Positions 1-10,300 of a stretch of 26,330 bases of DNA are shown in pieces. Position numbers and translations under genes: made by a program. The notes beneath the pieces are model-generated. The model was not told where the DNA came from. It did no database searches and saw nothing but the letters and a program-made list of their open reading frames with translations. Within the stretch, counting starts at the first letter, position 1. Each line of letters begins with the position of its first letter. Origin of the DNA: Tilletiaria anomala UBC 951 (Eukaryota); NCBI RefSeq assembly GCF_000711695.1, contig NW_013547014.1, positions 248,001 to 274,330 of the forward strand, given 5' to 3'.

Positions 1-89
1 AAAGCATCCGTGGTCGATGAGCTGGGCGGCCGGCGCCCTCGAGGCTTGCATGCCAAGCGAAATTCCTGAAAATCTTGTACAGGTCACTA

Positions 90-1968
90 ATGACGGCCAA
101 CTTCTGGAGCTCGACGCACGCGTGCGTAACTCATCACATCCCTTCCACCCATCTAACTCTCATACTGATGCTACCATGCTTACATTTGAACAGGCAACGG
201 TGGATCTTCACACGGTCGCAGCTACTGCTTGCTCGTGAGGAAGACTTGCGCTATGCGACACCTGAAGAAGTAGGAGCGATCGGCATTTGGGGTGCCAACG
301 GTAAGGATCGCACACCCAAATTGCTTGTTCGCTTGCTATATGCTTATACAATCTGTTGTTTTTGTGGTTGCTGTCAGTCATATCGACGCTATCAAAGCGC
401 ATGCAGTTGAGACAACGCGTTTCAGCAACAGCCACCGTATTTTTCAAGCGATTCTACGCAAAGAACAGCTACTGTGCGACTGATCTCACCATTGTCATTG
501 CAGCATGCGTCTACGTCGCGGCAAAAGTCGAAGAGAGTCCCGTGCACGTACGAAGCGTTTTCGCCGAAGCGAGTCGCGTTTTCGCTGGTGAGCTCGACTC
601 ACACTGTGCCTTGCGTTAGAATCAGCTGTGCTCATGTTCCAGAGCCCACCTCACAGACATGTCCAGCCGCAGCTTTCCTACCGCTGCCCACGCTGTCGCA
701 GAGATGGAGTTTTATCTTCTCGAGGAGCTTGAATTTGATCTCATTTTGCACCACCCATATCGAACATTGGCCCAGATTGCGTCCACTATCGGTAATATCA
801 ACGTTAAGGACAGCAAAATAAGTGCCGTGAATAGTACAGAGAAGGAGAGCCTTGGGCCATCGTCCCGTAAGCGCAAGCACTCGCGGTCGGAACAGGACAG
901 AGCACTGCGGCGAGCGCGCCACGCTTCGCAGACAGATCGAGAACTCATTATCGGCGGATCGGTCAACAACGGTTCTATCGCTGCTTCAGATGCGCAAGAT
1001 ATTGACGAAGAGCCATGTTTGGAAGATTTTGACGACTCGGCATTGCAGATGGCTTGGTGGGTTCGGACGTTCGCATTGGCTTGGAACTGAAATACTGACT
1101 GTGGCAATGATTCTTTCAAACCAGGTTTGTTCTTAACGACACTTACAGATCGGACATCCCGCTGCTGTATCCACCGCACCTCATCGCCATCGCTTCCGTT
1201 TTGCTGGCTCTCGTCTTGCACCCACCTGCCAGCGAGAAGCTTGAAGCATCGATTAGCCAAATGCAATCGGCGCGAAACGCATGGGAACAATCAAAATTGC
1301 ATAATCAAGCTATAAGACCAGGACAGGATGGTACTACATCCGATGCATCTGGAAATCCTGGTGCCCTATCGCCTCAGGCCTCCCGAATTGTCGGTCTGGG
1401 TATCGACAACAAAGCTACACCCATCACATCCGATCGATTAGATCACACTGCCTCAAACGGGGCTGTGATACGCTCATTCGCCGCTCAGGTCCCTTCCACC
1501 ACAAGTCCTGTAGCATCTACTCCAGGTTCTGTAGGCTCCATGTTTACGTCGTCTGGCAACACTCCTGCCAACACGCCCGGTGTGGCCACCCATCCTCAAT
1601 TAGGGGCTGGACAGCCGACTGCAACCGTAGCGATTCCTCATCAGCCACCGGTACCACCACCAGACACTCTCACCGTCCTTGCTTCCTTGAATGTGTCGAT
1701 GCCGTTGGTCGCGGAGATCGTGCAAGAGATTCTTTCGTCATACGAACTATGGAATCGCGTGGGTTCAAGCAGTGGCAGTAGCTCCGCTACCGGAGGCGCT
1801 ACGGCGGGCGCATCTCGCGACAAGGCCACTGGTAAGCGAGCTACACTTCACTCTGCTTCCGACAAGCAGGGGGAAGACATAGTCGGGAACGGGCGTGCCA
1901 TGATGAAACGACTGGAACGCATGCGAGAGGCAAGACGCAGAGATATCCTCGCACGAGGGAAATCATGA
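90..1968 (+). CDS. SSN8: Cyclin C (Mediator CDK8-module cyclin, Ssn8/Srb11 family), 5 exons, ~530 aa
   Basis: Exons 90-121, 194-300, 378-587, 657-1056 and 1125-1968 join through GT-AG introns into 1593 nt in one frame. Motifs typical of cyclin C: N-terminal MTANFWSSTH, LRQRVSATATVFFKRFY, ACVYVAAKVEESPVH, EMEFYLLEELEFDLILHHPYR, AWFVLNDTYRSDIPLLYPPHLIA. Confidence 0.93.
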
Positions 1969-2155
1969 CGTAGCGCGCCCAATACACTTTGGTATCTACA
2001 CAAGCTGTGAGGATACATCTCCAAATCGGTAGACCCTAACCCAAGATTCACGGAGGGCACAAGCCCTGGGGCGAGCATGTGCTTACGATACGATGCTATG
2101 CAATGCGAGCCGAAGAGGTGAATGGATATGTTTCCGCACAGAAGAATTTGGTGCA

Positions 2156-4327
2156 TCAATTGTTGAGGAGGCCGCTGATGGACATGCGTGAAGTCAAATG
2201 TGGCGCCTCAGGTTCGCTGCGTTCACTTGTCGGGTCTCTGCTATTCTGGTCAATGATCATGTCCTCGACCGAAGGCCCGACAGCTGAGAGAGCACCTTGA
2301 TGGGCTCCATCGGAAAGCAACGACGTGGGCATCGAGCGCAAGGCCAAGGAAGGCGGAAGGGTCGCGTGTGGCGGTCGGTTTCCAGCATATGGAGGTGGGA
2401 GACGTTCGAGCTGTCTGAATCGCGGAGATGATGCAGATCGGCTCGATGTCAAAGGTCGCAAGTAGGGAGAGCTCGATATCGACGGACGCCTGTGCCGCAT
2501 GACCATCTCGTCGATGTCGGGTTGAGCTTCCTCAGCGTCGAAGCGCGCCGCAGACATGCGCATATAGTCAGCTGCTCCTGTCGTGTAGCCACGACTCCGT
2601 CCACGCATGGTGAGACCGAGTGCCCCTCCTCTTACGGAAGGAGTTGGAACGGATAGTATCGTGCTGAAATCTTGAATGGGACTCTGCAGGGCCGGGTCAC
2701 TAGTAGCTGGGCGTAGAGCATCGCTGCTGCTTGGACTGGTAGAAATGCTGTTCAGCGTCCGCGTACGAGGTCGACCTGTTCCACTTTGCATTGCGGGGAA
2801 TGCGGCGGGGTGTGAGGCGAGCAAGCGTGGCGTCTCATTGAGATACCCGGACCCAGGAAGAGAATTACCCGGAGAAGACGAAGATGCTGATGACCTTGAA
2901 CTTTCGGAGCGCAATTCACCTCTGAGATCGGCAGAAGCTCCAGAAATGCCCATGTCCGCACCCTTCATTGTGTGCGTCGGAGCGACTGGGACACGCGAGA
3001 GGCCAATTGTGCCCGCGACGCTTGCCGCTGAAGGACCGATCATCCAAAAGCCGCCCTTTCCGCGCGACGCTGGTGCGCTGTTTGCCTCATGCATGTCGCC
3101 AGAGGTACGGGGTACCTTGACAAAGGTCTTGTTGAGCGAGAGGTTGTGACGCACCGTGTTCTGCCAGCCTTGGCTGTCGGGGCCGTCGACCTGATAAAGG
3201 TCTGGATAGGCGTTGCTGATCCAACTATAGATCTCGCGGAGCGTCATCTTGCTTTCTGGCGAGGAAGAAATTGCTTGGGCAATTAGGGTCGAGTAGCTGA
3301 AGGGAGGACGCCGCCGCTTGCGTACAGGAGCAGACCCTCGTTCGTTGGCAGACGTTGATGATGAAGGATGAAGTGTTGAATCAAGTTTGTTTTCCCCCGA
3401 CGGCAGAGGCGGTGGAGATGCCCTGCGAAGAAGATCGCGCACAAGCCTCACGGTGTGAGCGCCGTCTTGGGCGGAGGCCGCTGCCTTGATCTGGACTTCA
3501 GCACTGGGATGCGTGCTGGTCCATGCACCAACCATGCTTGGTGGGATGTGTCGTTCTGAAACTGAAAGTTGCGAAAGAGGCACAGTAGGCGAGACTGGTG
3601 GCGGCATGTGTGAATATAATGGGAGGGTCTCGTACGCTGGAACTGAATGCAAGTGAGGCATGTAGCTCTTGTGCGATTCGTCCAGCGGTTGTGCTGATGG
3701 TGCTGGTGACCAGGGGTATTGCGCGTCCGTCTCGCGGCTCGGGCGAGCGACTGATCGTCCAGTCGCAATGGCGAATACTCGATCGCGATATTGCTGGTTG
3801 TCACCGAAACTTCGATGTGTTGCGTCATCCCAGGAGCTACTTGAATATTGATTCAGCGTGGCTGACTGTCCAGATCTTGAATGGCTTTCTCGCCTTGGCG
3901 CAATAGAGGTCCATCCCGTCACTTCGGTATCGTGACCAGCGGCGACTGGAAGAATTGAGTATGGATACTGATTTGGCGAGTACTGCATCGAAGATGGACG
4001 GCTGCTGCTCGGACTGCTAGGTACAGATGCATCGTCACGAGCAATATGTGGCCGTGGCCTGAACCCATGATCTTCAGCATTCATCACGAGCGGGTACGGT
4101 AAATGTCTTGCTGCGTCCTTGACAATGGATGCTGTATGTGCGCGCTGTGTGTTCTCGAATGGCGTGCCTTTCAAGTGGAGGTTGGACGAATGCGTTGAGC
4201 ACTCTTCATCTTGGTCCATAATGACCACGGTGGGCCGCCTGTGCCTTATGGTGGATGTCGTCGTGGTCTGCGGAAACCACAGAATGGACGACAGCGGCGG
4301 GTTGACGGGAAGCGGTGAGGCCAGCAT
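2156..4327 (-). CDS. Forkhead/winged-helix transcription factor, intronless ORF of up to 723 aa (alternative start at 4219, MDQDEE)
   Basis: Forkhead domain at about 3040-3316: RRRPPFSYSTLIAQAISSSPESKMTLREIYSWI...GWQNTVRHNLSLNKTFVKVPR...GKGGFW. The rest is S/P-rich low-complexity sequence. No FHA domain was recognised. Confidence 0.92.
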   Translation of the reverse strand: MLASPLPVNPPLSSILWFPQTTTTSTIRHRRPTVVIMDQDEECSTHSSNLHLKGTPFENTQRAHTASIVKDAARHLPYPLVMNAEDHGFRPRPHIARDDASVPSSPSSSRPSSMQYSPNQYPYSILPVAAGHDTEVTGWTSIAPRRESHSRSGQSATLNQYSSSSWDDATHRSFGDNQQYRDRVFAIATGRSVARPSRETDAQYPWSPAPSAQPLDESHKSYMPHLHSVPAYETLPLYSHMPPPVSPTVPLSQLSVSERHIPPSMVGAWTSTHPSAEVQIKAAASAQDGAHTVRLVRDLLRRASPPPLPSGENKLDSTLHPSSSTSANERGSAPVRKRRRPPFSYSTLIAQAISSSPESKMTLREIYSWISNAYPDLYQVDGPDSQGWQNTVRHNLSLNKTFVKVPRTSGDMHEANSAPASRGKGGFWMIGPSAASVAGTIGLSRVPVAPTHTMKGADMGISGASADLRGELRSESSRSSASSSSPGNSLPGSGYLNETPRLLASHPAAFPAMQSGTGRPRTRTLNSISTSPSSSDALRPATSDPALQSPIQDFSTILSVPTPSVRGGALGLTMRGRSRGYTTGAADYMRMSAARFDAEEAQPDIDEMVMRHRRPSISSSPYLRPLTSSRSASSPRFRQLERLPPPYAGNRPPHATLPPSLALRSMPTSLLSDGAHQGALSAVGPSVEDMIIDQNSRDPTSERSEPEAPHLTSRMSISGLLNN

Positions 4328-7300
4328 CTGCCGGTAACAAACCCTTGGACTCTGTTATGTCCTAGATGTAATTTGGCGTGGTCGACAGATTGTGACGTGT
4401 ACCTCTGTTTCTGCGATTTGCTTGTTTCACCAAGGTTGGGGAGGTTGAATTGTTGCTCAGCTACTCGCGGAACGACTTAATTGCGTTAGAGATCACCCTT
4501 GATCAGCGAATCGCTTTGCTGGAGCAAACAAGGAAGCTTGCCCACCATTCCCAGCTTTTTTTAAGAATTGATCAGCAAGCTGCAGCATGGCGATGACCAA
4601 GCCGTCATATGCTTTGCACCTCATGCTGCGCTATATAGGATCGATTCTCTTCTGATGCCTCCAAATGAAACAGTGGCGCCATTCGCCCCCCACACACATA
4701 ATATCTGGGCTGCCCCTCGATGCTGAACAACCCTGGCCTTTGGCCTCCGTTACCATTACGCGTGGCCATCCAACGCGAAGCGTGGCACATTCTTGATGAT
4801 GCCTGTGCTGGCTCAAATGAGCTCCTAACGCCGACTCAATTCTAAGCTCGCCCAACGGGGTGAATCAAAGGGAGTTGACGGCGCGCGAAGCGTCACTGAA
4901 TGAACCATATGGGGCAACGCGACAGCGCAGTATGCGAGCTTCCTGCCCCGAATCTCGATCCTGCCCTTGTCCTTCTCAGCATCAACCCCATGATCACTGT
5001 AACTCACAAGGTGCGTCTCAGTGGGGTGGCGAGCGTTCGTGCTGTCGATGCCGGGAGATGCTCGCGAGGGGGAACGTCTAGACGTGTTGAAGAATACCGT
5101 CGAAGTAGTCGGGTGACTCAACTACAGTAGAGGCTCACGGTTTGCTGAGCACGGACAGGTGGCGTCTGCTACGACGGCGGCACTCTCATCGACATCGATC
5201 TTACTTGATGCTTGGAGAGGCATGAACATGCGAGAGGACATCACGCCGAGCAGGGTTTCGTTGCGGCGGACATCTCTGCGCCCGGTGTCGTGGTGGTGTT
5301 GGAGTATGGTATAAATGCATCTCTAACCATTGTCACCGCGGACGCGGGGGATGTTGGCTGGATGAAGACCAGTCATGGATTGAGTGACCTTCCCATCATG
5401 GGGGTGCCGAATACATACTGTATTGGATATTGGGCGTATGGACACGGGATGGGGAAGCTGTGTTTAATCGAGGCCAAGAAGGGCCGAAGACAAGCATGCA
5501 AAAGCATGCATCCGTGCATATCGTAAATATTCTATATGCATGCAGATTGCAGAGTGCTCTCATATGCTGTAAGTCAGACATGCGTGGTGTATGTATGGAC
5601 AAAGTAGGCACTGGGAAGCAGGAAAGATCTAGAAAATATCCTGTTCCAGTTGCCAGCCTGTGCAGTCCTGGTCCCGGACGTTTTTTGGCAAACGTAGACG
5701 AAGTCTAAACAAAAGGACCCTGAAACATGGGTTGTATGTACAAAAATATCTTCCGACACAGTTGTACACGCAATGCAATATCATAAAGGACCGCGCACTT
5801 CGTCATTGTTATGCACCCGCTTCCACCTCTGCCAGTGCGCCGACCTCTTCATATGGCAGGGACGTGGCCTGGTCTCACAAGCGCAAGGCCCAAGGTATCA
5901 TAACTCGCACTGCAGTACCTCACAAATTGTCTTAGCTGTTCCTCTCGGCGCAGTGCAACGCTTTTAGGATCACAACCCCAGTCAGAGAGAGCATGCTTCC
6001 AGAGGCCGCCAAGCTTGGCAGGCAAAGGAATGGTCCAGACTACTGGCAGTGCACCCATTTGCATTTTGCACTGGGACAGTCTGTCACTCGGTTGCCCATA
6101 AATGCTGGAAGCCCGTCACACTTTCTGGGGGGGCCATTTGAACCGAGCACAGCTCGTTGAAATTGGGAACACTTGTACATAGGTATACCGAACTTGCACA
6201 TACACACCTCTTTGGGAAACATGGCAGACACTACACACAGTACTTATTATGCAGCATAGTGCATCGTACATACGTCACTCGGTGTATTGTGTATAAATGT
6301 GTTGAATCAAATACGGGCCTAGTTAGTCCCCGTGTGGTGAAAATGGTGAGGTCGCCAAAAAGTGCTCTTAACACTTAAAAATGCCCTTTTTCAATTGTTG
6401 CAAGTATTTTTCAGTTCTGAACTTGTACGGTGTATGAAGAACGACAATGCGACCAGTATGTTCGCATTTCCACCCTGTTTTTGCAGCAATTGATGCTTAG
6501 ACAAATGTGACTATTCAGTCTGAAACTGGAGATCAAGATCCAAAAAAGGGAATGGCTTCACGTCATACCTTACCGCCATCATCATCAACATCATCATGCT
6601 CTGATAACAGGTCCAGCCTGCATGAATCTTGCTGCGGAGACAGGAAGTAGGAGTGCCTGTAAGGTACGTCAGCGAATGGAGATATGGGTTATGGTGACAC
6701 AAGTTGTTCGTTTCTTTCAACATTATTTTCACCGACCAAGCGCAATGCAGTTTTTCCCGCACAAAACATCTTCCAAGCACCCCAAAGCTTTTCACCGAAC
6801 GGGAGTTTGATTCACCTTGAAAGTCTCATAGCAGCTTCACAATTCACCGCACACAAGATGGTGTTTGTAGATTAGATCGGGGCAACAGGTCTCGCCACTT
6901 CTTGTCAGAGCCAAATCAAAGGCTGTCACACAGGCACGACCCACAGAGGGTCAGTGAATGACGGAAGACTGCGGAGAATCAACTGAAGCCTTCATGCAGG
7001 CGTCCGGGGAGTCAGACATCCGGAAGGTTAGATGTTCTCACAAGGAACGACTCGCAGGCTCGCACATGACCTCAACCTGCCTCGACGTAAATGTGCGAGA
7101 ATGAGATAGAATATGCCAGAACCTGGGTTTAATTTGTATTTTGAAAGCACCATAACAACATATTTCATATTTCGATGTGAGGTAATAATATCCGTAAGAC
7201 CAAAGCTGAAACTTAAAAGATAGTGAAGATTACTTACACTTCGAAAGAAGATTCAAGACACGGCGAGTCATGGATATTTGATGAAACAAAACATCGAGGA

Positions 7301-10300
7301 TACTCCTAGAGCTCGCAGCGTCCAAGTGGGCATGGTGGCCTGCATTCGCGCGCAAGCCGCAAAGGTCCCTAGCAAATCTTCACCAGAAGGTGACGGATCT
7401 GTTCAACCGGCTTATTTTGCGCAGAGAGGCCATTCTTGTATATGATGTGCGGCGTATCCTGCTTAAAATACGATAATGAGCGCACTTGTAATTTATTTAG
7501 CTTAGTTGTACAGGGTGAAGCTCGTGTGCCGCTACTCGGAGACATGTGCTTGTGGAAGCAGGACGCTAGATAGCCGATCGTGGACGTGGTCGCGGATGTA
7601 GTCGGTACGCTGGCCTCGCTGACACAATGCCGCCTTGCGCTACCTCGTCACTGCCTACTCACGAGCGACTTCGCACGACCCATGCTCGTAAGTTTCCGGT
7701 CACCATCTATACAGTCATTGCTGGTGGGAAGTGAACAATTTCAGATTCTTCCTGGCAGTTCTCCAGCCCAGCATTACGCGACTTGATCTTCGTGTCACGG
7801 CTCATCCTTCCTTCCCCTGTGCAAGTCCTTCAGTCCATGTGTTGCTTTGTTGCATCATTATCAACTAGGCTCAAGCGCTCAAGGTTGCATCCGATTCAAT
7901 GAATGGTGGCTGCAAAAGTAAAAAAAAGGGGGGGGGGCGGAGTCTATAGTTAGTTGATTTGATGCACGGGGTTTAGGAGCGGATGTGTGTATTGACAGCT
8001 CGAGCTTCTTGCCAGTTGCCCATGCAACCGGGGACCAAGTCCATGTTCTACCATGTCGCCTGTGCTGGGTGCTGTGCACGGTGCAATAGCGTTTTTACGG
8101 TGCTCCATGCGTGTGGCCGGCCACTAAGACATTTGCAGACGTGCTGTGTAATACGTTGCTTTCTGCTCCCTCTGCCTTGGAAGTGCTTGGTGAAGTCGCC
8201 TGTCGTACTACGGAGGTTAGTGCTTGTGAATGTGTGCGGATTCAGTAAATGATGTAAATGGAGCTACATATGTAAACGTTTCATACATACGCAAAGGAGG
8301 GGAGAGAAAACCTTTCTTTTTTGAGATGTAGTTAGGAAAGGATTTAAAGTTCATTAACTTGACACTTTTTAGCTCATCCCTCTCTTGGGCCACGTGGCTT
8401 GAACAACCGGACCCATTTACATACTTGGTGTACCGCTCCAACTTGGAAGTATGTAACGTTTGTTATATACATAAACATACATTACGCAAACATGTTTGTG
8501 TAATATTTGGTTAGTGTTAGGATATATCCATGCGTGAGTATAAGCGTGTAGGTGCATGTACGTACGACGCAGGTGTATATGTGTAATCCTGTGCTCACAT
8601 TTGTTAAAAATTATATAGAACTGTCAACCACAGAAACGATGAATGGATTAAATGATGAAGAATATTGCGTGGATGTATGTACAGGTAGTACATAGACAGG
8701 CGCAGTCTGTTTTCATGCACATGTTGCTGTTTATATTTGCTTATGGTTTATTATGACAGTATTTAACATACAATACGCACATTCTACACAATCTACATGC
8801 TAGTATTTGCAACCCATAGAACATAAACACTTGCGTCACAGACGTCAACGCGTCAAGACAGACTCGAACTTCCCATGCCTCGTATCCATTATTGAGGTCT
8901 CATATTATACTAGCTTAGCTGTCTTTAGCACCTCCTTCGACTATCATAGTCTCCTGGAGTCCTGACTTGTTGGACTTCCGAAGTGTGTCGCCTGCGTTTA
9001 TCGTCGCTAGGCTATTTTGTCACCAACTTCTCCAGGGGTTCCCTCCCTTTCGGCCCTTCGGGCTTCCACTTGTGACGGGTCTGACAGCCAGTTGGCCCGA
9101 AGCGTTCAGAATGATGCCTAGCATTTCAACCGTCGCCTTGGCTTGATCATCAATCTAGCTTGCTACGTTGCAATTTCCTGCTCAGGCTTGCGTTTGCTGA
9201 TCACTGAATCACTGTCTGCATTGCACTACGCCTGGTCATGGGCTCCTTGATTTTACCGAGGCGGGTTTACGTCCTTGATCGCAGAAATTGTGGCCAGGTC
9301 GTTCATCCAGCTTCATCTTGATGGTGTTGCCAAGATGAAAAGGGTGTCATGAGAAACGAGACATTTCGAGCTGCGTTGGGCTGCCCCGACAACGACAAAG
9401 CCACTCACTGCATCCACCGTTGGTTTCACGCTGCAGGGGCCGAGCCGAACGCCGGATGCGCGCCCTGGCGAGGGTGGTGCTGGGTAGTTGGCATATTGCG
9501 CCCCAATTGCAGATTTCAGCTGCTGGCACCTGACCGCTGGCTGACCTTTGACCCGAGCATGACTCGATAATCACTGCTTAACACTCCGACTAAGTCATAG
9601 GCTCTGACGCGCTGAGGCTTGACGCCCTGCAGCCTGTGATCTGAGCACTAGACCCGTCAAATCCCGAGATGAAAATGTTCATGGGAAGCCATTCTCCACT
9701 CAATGCGCGGAGATTGCTGTCCGTGTGACTTGAAACTCAAGGCAACATATATAGCGGCTAAAGCTGAATCGATCTTTGTAGCCAGGGTAAATAGTCCATA
9801 TGATTTGATATTTAGGCGTATTACGTAGTGAATACGGAACTTGAAATTGCAGAATCGGGTATACATACTCAATCACTGGAAGTCTTGTTCACTTTTGCGG
9901 CGCCAGCGAAGACCCCGCCTTTCTATATGTATGTTACATGCTGTGTGCATTTTTATAGTTTGCAGCAATTTATCGTTTACATGCAAAGCGTGGACATTTT
10001 CCGGTCGCCTGCAACAGAGGAAAGGCAGTTTCTGGCGGCCAATGAGCATAATGTGCAAGCAAATGCGTGGGAAGGGATTGTATATGTATGTACGCCAGGC
10101 TATGCGCCTCGGTGCGTCAGGCCACCAGTTGGACGGCCAGGCAAGACAGTTTTCTAAACAAAACAAGCGTTGACCCAGTAGGGCGAGATTAGCCAAATAC
10201 TTGTAATAATAATAGTGATAACACATGTGCAGATACGCCAACTGGCCCCAAAGTGCATACGTCGTGCAAGCGCGGCTCCTACGTACTAGTATGCCAAATG

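Noticed and set aside
1..51. Minus-strand ATG at 51 (MQASRAPAAQLIDHGCF...) as the start of a divergent gene
   Set aside because: Only 38 nt from the SSN8 ATG, 17 codons visible and no motif; it cannot be supported.
8855..8925. tRNA- or SINE-like element: B-box-like GTTCGAGTC on the minus strand inside a 7-bp inverted repeat (AAGACAG/CTGTCTT)
   Set aside because: No convincing D, anticodon or T stems can be folded; tRNAscan-SE would be needed.
8940..9600. GC-richer patch with fragmentary minus-strand reading frames
   Set aside because: Many stops in the frame I read through and no recognisable domain; too weak to call a pseudogene or transposon.
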